Source: the human T2T-CHM13v2.0 reference genome, Homo sapiens
Assembly (NCBI RefSeq): GCF_009914755.1
Contig: NC_060938.1
Strand: one strand, 5' to 3'
Length of the DNA stretch: 64,000 nucleotides
The notes below the pieces were generated by a model. The model worked only from the letters and a program-made list of their open reading frames with translations. It had not been told where the DNA came from and made no database searches. Positions 1 to 18,040 of this stretch are shown here, piece after piece (positions within the stretch are counted from its first letter, which is position 1; every line of letters starts with the position of its first letter). A program made the translations under genes and the position numbers.

Positions 1-133
1 GGTGTGCTGCACCCATTAACTCGTCATTTACATTAGGTATATCTCCTAATGCTATCCTTCGCCCCTTCCCCCACCCCACGACAGGCCCCCAGTGTGTGAT
101 GTTCCCCATCCTGTGTCCAAGTGTTCTCATTGT

Positions 134-3948
<3,815 letters not shown>

Positions 3949-4011
3949 TATGATGTTAGCTGGTTATTTTGCTCGTTAGTTGATGCAGTTTCTTCCTAGC
4001 CTCAATGATCT

Positions 4012-5052
4012 TTACAATTTGGCATGTTTTTGCAGTGGCTGGTACCAGTTGTTCCTTTCCATGTTTAGTGCTTCCTTCAGGAGCTCTTGTAAGGCAGGCC
4101 TGGTGGTGACAAAATCTCTCAGCATTTGCTTGTTTGTAAAGGATTTTATTTCTCCTTCACTTATGAAGCTTAGTTTGGCTGGATATGAAATTCTGGGTTG
4201 AAAATTCTTTTCTTTAAGAACGTTGAATACTGGCCCCCACTCTCTTCTGGCTTGTAGAGTTTCTACCGAGAGATCTGCTGTTAGTCTGATGTGCTTCCCT
4301 TTGTGAGTAACCCGACCTTTCTCTCTGGCTGCCCTTAACATTTTTTCCCTCATTTCAACTTTGGTGAACCTGACAATTATGTGTCTTGGAGTTGCTCTTC
4401 TTGAGGAGTATCTTTGTGACGTTCTCTGTATTTCCTGAATTTGAATGTTGGCCTGCGTTGCTAGGTTGGGGAAGTTCTCCTGGATAGTTCTCCTGTAGAG
4501 TGTTTTCCAACTTGGTTCCATTCTCCCCATCACTTTCAGGTACACCAATCAGATGTAGATTTGGCCTTTTCACATAGTTCCATATTTCTTGGAGGCTTTG
4601 TTCATTTCTTTTTACTCTTTTTTCTTTAAACTTCTCTTGTCACTTCATTTCATTCATTTGATCTTCAATCACTGATACCCTTTCTTCCACTTTATCGAAT
4701 TGGCTACTGAAGCTTGTGTATGTGTCACGTAGTTCTCGTGCCAGGGTTTTCAGCCCCATCAGGTCATTTAAGATCTTCTCTACACTGTTTATTCTAGTTG
4801 GCCATTCATGTAATCTTTTATCAAGGTTTTTAGCTTATTTGCAATGGGTTCTTTGTGATGGGTTCGAACATCTTCTTTTAGCTCAGAGAGGTTTGTTATT
4901 ACCGATCATCTGAAGCCTTCTTCTCTCAACTCGTCAAAGTCATTCTCCATCCAGCTTTGTTCCATTGCTGGTGAGGAGCTGTGTTCCTTTGGAGGAGAAG
5001 AGGCACTCTGATTTTCGGAATTTTCAGCTTTTCTGCTCTGGTTTCTCCCCAT
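4012..5052 (-). pseudogene. L1 ORF1, frameshifted
   Basis: ATG GGG AGA AAC at 5052. RPNL.LIGVPESDGENG (4355-4573) and C-terminal YPAKLSF...LQKHAKL (4012-4548) are in different frames. A 14-bp tandem duplication lies near 4838-4865. Confidence 0.93.
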
Positions 5053-5627
5053 CTTTGTGGTTTTATCTACCTTTGGTCTTTGATGATGGTGACATACAGA
5101 TGGGGTTTTGGTGTGGATGTTCTTTCTGTTTGTTAGTTTTCCTTCTAACAGTCAGGACCCTCACCTGCAGGTCTGTTGGAGTTTGCTGGAGGTCCACTCC
5201 AGACCCTGTTTGCCTGGGTATCACCAGCGGAGGCTGCAGAACAGCAAATATTTCAGAACGGCAAATGTTGCTGCCTGATCCTTCCTCTGGAAGCTTTGTC
5301 TTAGAGGAGCAACCAGCCGTATGAGGTGTCAGTCGGCCCCTATTGGGAGGTGCCTCCCAGTTAGGCTACTCGGGGGTCATGGACCCACTTGAGGAGGCAG
5401 TCTGTCCATTCTCAGATCTCAAACTCCATGCTGGGAGAAGCACTACTCTCTTCGAAGCTGTCAGACAGGGACATTTAAGTCTGCAGAAGTTTCTGCTGCC
5501 TTTTTTTCAGCTATGCCCTGCCCCCAGAGGTGGAATCTACAGAGGCAGGCAGGCCTCCTTGAGCTGCAGTGGGCTCCACCCAGTTCGAGCTTCCCAGCTG
5601 CTTTGTTTACCTACTCAAGCCTCAGCA

Positions 5628-5891
5628 ATGGGGGACACCCCTCCCCCAGCCCTTCTGCCACCTTGCATTTTGATCTCAGCCTGCAGTGCTAGCAGTGAAC
5701 GAGGCTCCGTGGGCGTGGGACCCTCTGAGCCAGGCATAGGATATAATCTCCTGGTGTGTTGTTTGCTAAGAGCATTAGAAAAGCACAGTGTTACGGTGGG
5801 AGTGTCCCGATTTTCCAGGTACTGTCTGTCATGGCTTCCCTTGGCTAGGAAAGGGAATTCCCCAACCCCTTGCACTTCCCGGGTGAGGTGA
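5628..5891 (+). CDS. L1 ORF0 homologue (antisense ORF in the L1 5'UTR), open, 87 aa
   Basis: GCA-ATG-G at 5628, giving MGDTPPPALLPPCILISACSASSERGSVGVGPSEPG...VGVSRFSR, recognisably L1HS ORF0 (MAGAPPPASLPPCSLISDCCAS...). Expression is unknown. Confidence 0.6.
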   Translation: MGDTPPPALLPPCILISACSASSERGSVGVGPSEPGIGYNLLVCCLLRALEKHSVTVGVSRFSRYCLSWLPLARKGNSPTPCTSRVR

Positions 5892-6066
5892 TGCCCTGCC
5901 CTGCTTTGGCTGATGCTCCATGGGCTGCACCCACTGTCCGACAAGCCCCAGTGAGATGAACCCAGTACCTCAGTTGGAAATGCAGAAATCACCTGTCTTC
6001 TGCATCGCTCATGCTGGGAGCTGTAGACTGGAGCTGTTCCTATTCGGCCATCTTGGAACCTCCCTC

Positions 6067-9000
6067 AAGATATCTTCTAATTTCCTTTGTAATATCTTCT
6101 TTGGTCAGTAAGTTATTTAGAAGTATACCATTTAATTTGCAGATATGTGGGAATTTTCTAGACAGTTTTTTGCTATTTATTATGAATTTAATTATATTCA
6201 TTTCAGAGAACATATTCTGAATAATTTCAAGCCTCTGAAATTTATGAGATTTGTCTGATGGCCCAGCTTGTGGTATCCCCTGGTGAATGTTTCATGTGCT
6301 TTTAAGAAGAACATGTAATCTGCTATTGTTGTTGAAATGTTCTATAAATGTCAACTGAATCCAATTGGTTGAAATTGTTATTTACATTTTTCTGTATTCG
6401 TACTGATTTTCTTTCTGCTTATTTTATCAACTATGGAAAGAGGGCTGTTGAAATCTCTGATGTAACTGTGGATTTGTCTATTTTCCCTTTAATTCTGTCA
6501 AAGTTTTCTTCATGTACTCTGAAACTTTGATATTAGAGATATACACATATAATATTGCTGTCTTCTTGATTAATTGGTCCTTTATCTTTATGAAATGCCA
6601 CTCATTATCTCTGTTAACACTTCTCATCTTGTAGTTTTCTTATCCAATCATAATTTAGCCTTACTAGTTTTCATATGAATTGTGCTTGCAGGACGTATCT
6701 TTTCCCAACTTTCCAATTTTTGTTTTCAGCAGTTTAAATATAATATGTATAGGTGTTTGTTGTGTATTTTTTGATTTGGTATTTCTTCTACTTGATGATC
6801 TCGGATGTTTTCGAAACATTTATTTGTAATTTGGTATTTATTATTACTTTTTGAAAATTCTTGGCCATTATTTTTTTCTCTCTTGTTTTAAGAAACAAAG
6901 TCTTGCTCTGTTGCCCAGGTTCGAGTGCAGTGGTGCAATCATAGCTCACTGCAGCCTTGAAATCCTTGGCTCATGTGATCCTCCTAAGTAGCTAAAACTA
7001 CAGGTGCATGCCACCACATTTGGCTAATTTTTTTTTTATTTAAATATGGGGTCTCTTTACATTGCCCAGCTGGTCTCAAACTCTTGGCTTCAAGCAATAC
7101 TCCCATCTCAGCCTCCCAAGTCACCAAGATTACAGGTGGGAGCCACTGAGCCTGGCTCTTGGCCATTATTTCTTCAGACATTTCTTCTGCCCTATACTCT
7201 CTCTCTCTTCTGCTACTGGAAGTCTAATTCACATATGTTATATTATGTAATGGTCCACACCTCTTAGATGCTCTGCTCCACTTTTTTCCCCACTTATTTT
7301 CCTATTTTAGATAAGTAATTTCTATAGATCTACCTTCAAGTTTACTCATCCTCTTCATGACACTCTTGAATTTATGTATTATGTGCTTTCTTTGTGTCTG
7401 TTACCATATTTTCCAATTCTAGCATTTCCATTTGATTCTTACCTAGAGTTTCCATTTCTCTGCTGAATTATCCATCTGGTCTTGCATGTTATTCATTTTT
7501 TCCATCAGAGCCTTTGCCATATTATCATAGTTATTTTTAAATTATTTAGCACATAATTCCAACATATCTTGTCATATCTGTGTCTGGTTCTGATGATTGT
7601 TTTGCCTCTTGGAAGCTTTTTTTCTTGTCTTTTTGTATGTTTCATAATATTTTGTTGAAAGCCAACATCTTGTATAGGACAGCAGAACTGAGTTCAATAG
7701 TTTTTATCCCTGGAAATGGGCACACCTTTCTTTCCTCCAAAATTAGAGGTGGGGAGCCATGAGGTGTTCATCTATTTAGAAATTGGGCTGGGTTTGAGAT
7801 TTATTGTTGCTATATAACCCTCAGTGCCCCCACAGGATCCAAAATCCTCTAATGATACCTTTTCCTTGGGTTGGGAACTTGTTTACCAGATGGGTGTTTT
7901 CAATGTCTGCTCCCCTTCAGTTTTCTGTCTTCCCTTTAAACTCTGCCTTAAAGAGAGTCCTCTCTCGCAAGTTGCTTGTTACTTAATGCCTGTTAGTCTA
8001 GCAGAGGGGAATGGGGCATTCTCAGTTATTGTATTAAACCTCAGTCTTAGGCAAGAACCATATTCCTTGGTTTCAGAAGTGTCCTTCTCACTAATTTGCA
8101 GCCCAGTTTGTATTTCTGCCTCTCCTGCAGAGGTAGAGAATTTTTTTAGTTTCTTCTCAAAGCTGCAATGGGTTTTCAACAAATCAGGAAATAGTGTTTG
8201 TTGTCCTTCCTGTCCCAGAATGAGACTTGTCCCATAAAAGAAGATAAAGAAGGAGGGTCCTGGTAGTGTTTAGTAGCCTCCTCATAGTGGTTGCTGTTCT
8301 TCTTCCTCGCTTCAGCATCACAAGGAAACTTTCCTAATGTTTTCTGTGAGCAAACAGTGGGTTCGCTGAAAAAAGTCTGGCAAGAATATGTAGGCTTCCT
8401 TAAATTTATAGCCCTCCAGAGCCTTCAGCCTTCTCTTACTGGTTGCACTCAGCCTCCATCAACATAGTGATTGCCCTGGCTGAACTTAATCTTACCATTT
8501 CTCAGAAATACCTTATCCCAGTAAGCTAGTGCTCATGTCACATCCACCCTTGTCTCTCCTCAAATTTTGGTCCAGCTGAACTTCTGGACTTTAATGTGTT
8601 CAAAAAAGTAGTGAACTTGCTGCCCATCTGGCTTTTTAAAATCATTAAGTTTGGGTGTGACATTCTTTCAAGCCCCCTACATCCTCAAGTGGAAAACCAA
8701 CCTTTTAATTTTAATATATCTATGTCTTTATATTTAAATGTATCTTTAAACAGCATGGGGTTGAGGGTTTTTTTAAATCAATCTTATAATTTGTTCCTTT
8801 TAATTACATCTTTTTGTGCATTTAGATTTAATATGATCATTAATATGTTTGGGTTCAATTTACCAGCTTGTTATCTGTTTTTTTGGTAACACTTATTTTT
8901 TGCTACCTTGCTTCTCTTTACATGCCTTCTTTTGTATTAACAAAGTATTTTAAAAAATATTCCCATTTATATCTTCTACAATATATCTACCCCCCCAACT

Positions 9001-9477
9001 GTTCTTAAGATTTTCTTTTTATTTTGGTTTTCAACAATTTGACTATGATGTGAATAGGTATAGTTTACTTTGTATTTCTCATCTTTGGGTTTATTAATCT
9101 TGAAAAAATTTCAGTAATTATTTCTTTATTCTTCTGACCATTTTCTTCTATTTTTCTAAAACACCAAGTATATCTGTATTAGACTTTGTGATATTTTCCA
9201 CATTTCTGATACTCTGATTTTTGTTTTTCAGCCCTTTTTTCTTCCCATTGTTTCAGTTCCTATTCCCTCTGTGCAAGTACATGCCCTTTCTACTGCAGTG
9301 TCTAATATGGTGTTCATCTTATCCAAAGAAATGTTTCAGACATTTTATCACGAAATTTTTAAATAATTTTAAAATTTTTATAAATAATATACTCACCATC
9401 TATATTCTACAATTAGGATTTATTGTAAATACTTTATCACATGTTTTCATTAAAAATTGTTTTCTATCCATCAACCT
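6067..9477 (-). mobile_element. Old, highly diverged L1M fragments (host of the L1PA and the AluJ)
   Basis: T-rich sequence with decayed antisense ORF2 5' and ORF1-type motifs (e.g. gttgaaatctctgatgtaactgtggatttgtctattt). Boundaries are approximate. Confidence 0.65.
6870..7156 (-). mobile_element. AluJ
   Basis: Antisense dimer (gtcttgctctgttgcccagg ... atagctcactgcagccttg ... gagccactgagcctggc), CpG-depleted, with a short internal deletion. Confidence 0.9.
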
Positions 9478-9489
9478 ATCTTATTTCTT

Positions 9490-10782
<1,293 letters not shown>

Positions 10783-10939
10783 ATCTTATTTCTTAACGCA
10801 TTTCACAGTTGCAGATATCAGTATACTTCTTCCCATCAAGTATGTCAGAATACATATCATTTACTGGGGTTCAATGCTTGTTTGAACCTCCTCTCTCCCA
10901 GCTTACCTATCTTCATCCTTTAGGATGCTATTCAGGCCT

Positions 10940-11185
10940 CTCTTTCCCTAATCTGGTTAAGGGTCCCTCCTCTGTGTTCCAGGTACACCCCATGCACATA
11001 TTTTTTAATGCATATCTTTATCCTTGTACTTACTACATTCCATTAGAATTAGTAGTATAAAGTTCTGCTTCTCTTGCTGGAATATAAAGTCCCAAGGGCA
11101 CAAACCAAATCTTATTCTTTGTACAATAGGACCTGGCACAAAGTATGTGCTCCATAAATATTTGATGAATAAACAAATGAGTGAA
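10940..11185 (+). mobile_element. L2 3' end fragment
   Basis: cctggcacaaagtatgtgctccataaatatttgatgaataaacaaatgagtgaa is a typical L2 terminus. Confidence 0.65.
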
Positions 11186-14100
11186 GAGTTGCCATGCCCA
11201 CACAAGGTAAAGTAATGCACAAGTTATAGCGGTCAAAAAAGAATAGTGAAATCCTGGTGGCAGCAGCTGCATATAACTTTTCTATAGTTGAGAGTACAAA
11301 AACCATGTTCTGTAATAATTGGGTCTTTAAGAAAGTACAGAAAGGATGTGAGAGATTCTACAGCAAAAAGATGGGAATTCAGGAAGGATAAAGTCTAAGG
11401 ACAGACAGCAAATGTTAGGTATAGAGAGAAAATAAACAGAGCCCAGAATCTGAAGTGACACTTCTCCCGATATCCAAGATTTGACTAGCTTATTAATTAT
11501 AAACCACTACTAACTTAAGAAGACTTCATCTGCATTATGCATGTTGTAATAATCAACATATGGGCAAAGACAGCTCTTAGTAAACCTACATATAGGTTCA
11601 TTTTTGTTTCCAAATGAATGCCTCTTATTTTCAATGTCCTGAATCAAATATCCCACAATATACAGTCTGCAGCAAGATGCCCTGGCAGATGCTAAACTTG
11701 ATTCCGTCTACCAGGTCCCCATTCACACAGAATAATTATGTCCAGCTGGAGCCCTCCCTGATTTAGTGACTTACGTTGGTCAGTCTTACAAACATTAAAG
11801 AAACAGTCTCTTATTTGGGAATCCCAGCTGGCCTTGTTGCAGCATAGAACCTCTTTATCCAAAAGGAGTTTAAACAAGAAAGAAAAAAAGCATTTTATGA
11901 TTAACTACTTCCCCAGCAAAACTGCTTTCTGAAAGCACATATTTTGAAGGTTTTTACCTATGCCATCTTATCAAGTTGAAAATTACAAAAACAACAAATA
12001 TCCATAGGATACTTTAAAAAAAGGATGCATAATTCTTTCCTGTGTGGATATAAAAATTTATTCAGCAAATCCCATATTGATAGTTCTTCAGGTGGTGATG
12101 CCAACATTTTGCTATTGTAATAAATGCTACAGTGAATACCTTTCTATACTCATTACTGCACTTTTATGCTATCTATTAAAATAAATTCCAAGATGTGAAA
12201 TTTAATTTATGTAGGCCTCATATCTAGCAAAATCTACAACATAGAGTAAACATAACAATGAATTGACACTGTCCAAAGAAAAAGCCTTTTTGGTTTTACA
12301 AGCTGAGTGGTTATGTAAGTTTCCTTAAGAATAAAAAAGCAGCTTAACTTTTCTTTAAAAACCCCAAAACTCTAGACTCAGGTTTGCAGCACTTAGAAGC
12401 TACTGGGTGAAACTCTCTTGAGACTTGGGTCAGGGACTCTCCTCTCTGTAGATGAAGATCTGCTCTCAAGCAGGGGCTTGGGAGATAAATAACTTAGGAC
12501 CCATAAGGCTTACGATTCCCCACAAATCTTTCTTTTCTACCTGAAAGAGTGGAAAATACAGAATTAAATAATGGACATCTGTTTCCTCCATTTGACTCTT
12601 CTTGGATTAAGATGCTGTATTTTCTAATTGTTTTCCTTCCATTAAAGAGCTGACTTCCCCTGCAAGGTGGAATAAGGGGAGGTCTTCTTTTAGTCTTTGC
12701 TTCTGAAGTTTGGTGCTTCAGGGTGCTTGCTGCATCGTGAGGTGACCCTCACCCAAGCCTTTCATGTGTTTGGCATGCTTAATTTAATCAATCAGATCAC
12801 CACCAACCTGAAACACAATGATGAGGATGTGTTCAGACTGTTCTGGAATTCTGTATATGTCAATATGGGGAGACTATTAGACCAAATTCTTTGCTACACA
12901 TACACAACCTTTTAAAGTTAGGTGTATATGAAACAAAGTTATTTTATGAGACTATGCATTATGATATTCCTCTAACATCAGACTGTAAATAAGAAAAAAA
13001 ATTTTTTGGAATAATTATTGTTGCTCTTCAGAAGGTAGTTAGAAGGGAAGTAGAAAGACAAGAAAATATATTTTAGCTTAAGTACTCAAACAGTTTAATT
13101 TTACTTAGATACTTACAAGAAAAAAAATTAATTTCAGGTGACATTATGGAAGGATTCATAAGAGTTCCTTGTCCAAGGTTACATACAGTCAATTAATCTT
13201 CCTGGGTCTTGGATTCCTCATCAATAAATGTTGGACTTAAGCAGTTTCTAAATAACCCTCTCACCCCAAATTCCATGATTCTATGTATTTGGAATGGAAT
13301 GATTCATTGCTTTACAGGTCATATATCTCTTCAGGAATGCAAGGAGTTAAGAAAAAAAAATCTCAAGATATAAATATGGACTTTTTGTGAACCACCAATA
13401 ATCTATATTTACTTGCAAATGTCCCACAAACAGCTTATTTGTATAATAATTTTACAAGTGCTTCAACTTAAGAAATCACTATTCTATCAGTATGTATTTA
13501 GTACAGCAGGAGTTGGAAGAAAACATTCATATTTTTTTCTCAATATTGAAGCGTAAGGGCAACAAATTTGGAAGGCTGGAGAAATCTGGACTTAGAACCA
13601 CAGATAGAAAAACTTTTACTTATTTAAGTATGAGGTTATGTCTAACATGATCTACTTAATTTCTTGTGCTACTTTATTACAGTGCAGTTGTTTTAAATGC
13701 TGATTTTTAATTGTTCACTTATTGATTTTCCACCTCTCTGTGACATTAGCAAATTCTGAACATCGTATCTAGTTGTGTTATGACCCAGTCTGACTGCTTT
13801 AGACCCAGTATGAATAAAGGGGGCACGATGCAGTGAAAGAGCACCAAATAAAGCCAGGGAGACCTGGATTACAGGCTTGTTTCTGTGACCTTGGACAAAC
13901 GGATTAACCTTCTAGGTCTCAGATTCCTCTTATTAAAATAAAAATATTAAATTGCTTAGGTTTCTTCTTCCTTTAAGGTTCTATGTTTCTATGAATAATC
14001 TGGTCAATAGTTCTTCTCACTGCCTGTTAAGATTCTAATTCTAATACAATGTATTTACAATCAGCATTTCTTGCTTTTACATTACCAATGACAATAACAA

Positions 14101-14269
14101 CAACACAGCAATCATCCCTATCTCTTCTGGCTTTTGAGTGTCCCATTTGCAATTATAGCAACCAAACCCAGAAACATGAAGGCTCACAAATAGAACAAAG
14201 AATTAGAAAAAAAATTTCAGGAACAGATTTTCCCACCCAAGGAGAAAGAACAGAAATTAGTGAAGATTC

Positions 14270-14810
14270 TTGATTGCATGTTGCATTAACCTAACTCAAA
14301 CAAATGTAGGCAAATTAAGAGAATTTATTAGCTCTCAAGAGCAGAGGATTCAGAGGATTAATCTGGCTTCAAGTACATCTGAATCGTGGATCAAAATGGC
14401 AGTATCAGGGCTCTGTCTCATTTCCTACTTCTTTGACAGGTTCCCTCCATATCACCACAGTGACTGGTGGAAGCTGAAGAGGCAAATTCTATATAAGTTT
14501 AATAACACTAGGAGAGAGAAACATGTTTTGTTTTGGTTATTTCCCCCAAAGAACTCCCACAGAAAGTTCCAGGGAGGAATAATTTATTGGTCTGGTATCC
14601 ACCCCTGCATCAACCCGTGTGGCCTGTGGGATGGGTTCTCTGATTTATTAGGCCCACTTAGATGATATTTCCACTCCTGTAGCTGGAGGTAGGAGAATAG
14701 TCAGTCATATCAAACCCATATAGAATGGGTTAATCATAGGAAAGAAGGGTTTTGTACACTGAAAAAGTGGGGAAAGGGTGCTAGAAGGATCACAAATAGA
14801 AGGCCACTAC
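14270..14810. mobile_element. Old MaLR/ERVL-type solo LTR (MLT1J/K/L-like)
   Basis: aacctaactcaaac...gagaatttattagctc ... ends ggccactaca. Degenerate. Confidence 0.45.
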
Positions 14811-15892
14811 AATAGATTTCTTCTGAATGCCAGTTCAAGGACAGGTGGCCGTTACCTGGGATGATGAGTAATGATAAAAATTATTCTGAGCTATGTAAAA
14901 GCTTAGTAAGAAAGAGTGTGAAAGTTGATTAGCAATATTTGCAGTGGATATTGGAGTGAAAAATGGAGATATACAAACCATATAGTTGCTGTCCTCGTCT
15001 AGGGTGAAATCATGATTCAGTTCCTACTTAGTACAGTCAGTTCAACCACTTAGTCTTCAGAATATTATGGGATAGGCCCTTCTTTTGTAAATTTTAATTT
15101 ATTGATGCTTGTAAAGCTCCCCAGATTCTTAGAGACAGTGGCCCCCTCTATGACCAAACATTTAAAATTTTATCTGAGGTCATGTTGGCATTTAAGATAT
15201 AGAAAATGACCCTAGCTATCAGATATTCTCAAACAGGAATATACATCAGAATCACCCAGACAGTTATTTTAAAATACATATGGCTAGCCTCTATCCCCAA
15301 ACTTTCTGATTCCATAGGTCTTAATAAGGGCCTAGAAAAGTGAATTATGATCATAGTATATGAAAGTTATGCATGGTCATAGTAAAAACAAATAAACAAA
15401 ACAGGCAGAGGAGTACAGCATGAAAAGTTAAAGTCCCTTTTCTAGTAGAGAATTGGGTGAGGGATAAGGAGAGGGGAAATATTCCTTTGTTCTATATAAA
15501 TTTCTATATTGTTTAAACATTTTTAATGAGGAGCCGAATTTTTTTTTAATTTTACAACGATAATCTAAAACACTTATTTCAGCCATTAACTACAATATCC
15601 ATCTCAACCAAATTTTCTTCACTGAAACGATTTTAGTTGCAGGTAACAAAAACAGCATAAAAGATTTTTAAAATTTCTTTCAAAGACTCACTCCCCTGAG
15701 GTAACCTTAATGAAAGTTCATATAATATTTCAAAAGCTTTCTATAAATAAAAGCATATATCTACATTTTTAAAATGTACAAACCCATAAGTATATATGTC
15801 TTTTATTATATATAATCTGCAGTTTGCTTTATTCACTAATTGTCTTGGTCTCTTTCCCATATTTGTATAGGATCTACCCATATTTGCATAAG

Positions 15893-17155
15893 ATTTACCT
15901 CCTTTTAGTTGCTTCATAATATTCTAAAACTTTTTGTATTTACCAAGACACTACTTGGAGTAAAAGTCACACTTAAGCTCTAGGGATCATATCCATCTGG
16001 ATCTCTTTATATGGCATCCCATGGCTGGTATTAAAACCTAAGGGCTTGTGAAACTTGTTGAAGATTCTAAGACCTTGCTTGGCTTACCTACTTCAGAATA
16101 TCTGCCCATGGAAGCCAAACAGAGATGCGATTCAGAGACAACAGGATGGATCCTCTCTCTATCTGGACTTCTCTTTGTCCTGGAAGCTGCAGTGTGATTC
16201 TGACTGCTCAGTGAAGGCACAGGCAAGGCTGAGCACATTCGGAGGGACAAAGTGTTTAGAGCTTTCTGCAAAAAAGAATTCCCTAAGCATAAAGTACAAC
16301 CCCAGGTATTTTACACACATACACACAACACACATACATGCACATACACACACCCAGGATCTAGACACTTCCCGATGAGACACAATGTTGGGCATTCTTA
16401 ACCATGATGAAGATTTAGAAATTAACAAGGGAATGCAGAAACTTTCTCAAGCTTGTGTTAGGGTACCAAAATTAAATTTATGGCACTGGGTGTGGCCAAT
16501 TTCTAATCTATGGAAGGAGAGAATATGATAAATAAAATCCCCAGATAATCTAAAACACTTCTTTAAGTCAGTAACCACAACATCTGTCCCTGAGACCATT
16601 TTACTTGTTGGTGACAAAAACCAACTCCAACTTAAGTTTCGTTTGCTAAAAAAACAAAATACAATATGGGTAAATAATTATAACAATACAGAGTTTCCCA
16701 CAGACACCTGAGGACAGGAATTTCAAAAGTAACCAGAACCAAGAACTGAAAGGCCACAAGTTTCCTAGCAGGACTCACTCCACTTCTCATCCTCTTGCCT
16801 CTGCTTTACTTTTTCTTTTTAATCTCCTCCATTTCCCTCTCTGCAGGTCAGCATTCCATCAACCCTTGTGGTATGATGGGTACTTCACTGATTCTGAATT
16901 TCCACCAACTTGGTTCCAATGGCATGCTGTCTCTAATGAATTATCTGTAACACATTCTGATGTAGGTAAACCAAGCAAGGTCTTCATCAAAAGTTTCACA
17001 GGCCCCTAGCTTTCAATACCAGCCATGGGATGCCATATAAAGAGATTCAAATGAATATGATCCCTAGAGCTTAAGTATGGCTTCTTACTCCAAGAAGTGT
17101 CTTAGTAAATACAAAAAGTTTTAGAATATTATGAAGCCACTAAAAGGAGGTAAAT
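15893..17155. repeat. Inverted duplication of about 205 bp (arms 15893-16099 and 16954-17155)
   Basis: The reverse complement of 16954-17155 aligns to 15893-16099 with about 15 substitutions and 3 small indels by hand; spacer is 854 bp. Confidence 0.95.
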
Positions 17156-17270
17156 TTGGATTTAAATTCCAAATTCTTGAAGAAAGAATTCAACTGGCTC
17201 AGCCTGGGTCAAGTGTGTTCTCTAGTTCCATTCAAACTTTGTCAGAGAAGATAGGTTCATTTAATAACGA
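16590..17270. mobile_element. Old ERVL/MaLR-type LTR interrupted by the inverted copy
   Basis: ttggtgacaaaaaccaactccaacttaag before the copy; aattccaaattcttgaagaaagaattcaactggctcagcctgggtcaagtg after it. Confidence 0.45.
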
Positions 17271-17509
17271 TACAGCAGGTAAAATTTCCTGGGTGCTAAC
17301 TGCACTTTATAAGCATTACCTTTACCTTTGCAGAGCCTTTGGGAATCTTCCTTATTAGGACCCTGAAACAGTTATCAAAAAAAAAAAAAAAAAAAAGAGG
17401 ATGATTGTGAGTTGTGCAGATTTTCCCAGAGCATGAGAAAATTATATGCAGAAAGATACATATGCATATAAAAAGCTAATTTAAACTTTACAATGCAACT
17501 CAATAATGT

Positions 17510-18040
17510 CATAATGGGAATAAGTTCAGGCTTAAAATACAAGACACCTGAGCTCTCATTCTAACTCCAGCAAGTTGTGTGGCTTGAACAAGTTCCTTCA
17601 CCTGTCTTCTCAATTTCCTTTTCTTTCTGTGAAATCATGGCAATAATACACACTGCATGAGAGTATACACACAGTAATTAAGTACTGTGCTGTTGAGCAT
17701 TTAAATGTTAACAAATATGAGTGCTTCTTCTTTAACAATGAAGCATCCAGAAGGGGTACATACCAGCAGGAAGGAAAAGAGAGAGAAACAAAGTGCCCAC
17801 TTGCCCTGGTGGGTATTACCATTATACAACACCATTATATAATCACAAGAGGTAATATTTATCAATTTTTACATATATTCTATTGGGAAACTTTCTCAAT
17901 ATAACTGAGTATTATTATAGTAACATTTGAAGGCACAGAGAGTTTAAGTAACTTGTCCTAGGTCACACAGTTCATAAGTAGGACTGGAGACTAGACAGTC
18001 TGGCTCCATAACTCATGTCTTAAGCACTACTTTGTACTGC
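17510..18040. mobile_element. Two MIR fragments
   Basis: ttgaacaagttccttcacctgtc...caatttcc, and agagagtttaagtaacttgtcctaggtcacacag, are the MIR core in opposite orientations. Confidence 0.65.

Noticed and set aside
6975-6990. Short deletions between CCTCC-type repeats in the two AluJ copies (also about 38230)
   Set aside because: Ordinary slippage deletions in old Alus.
12836-12865. ATGATGA box C-like motif near 12818 as a snoRNA
   Set aside because: No properly placed CTGA D box or terminal stem.
17377-17397. Isolated poly(A) runs (also 20946, 22047, 57837) as processed-pseudogene tails
   Set aside because: No TSD or mRNA-like body upstream.
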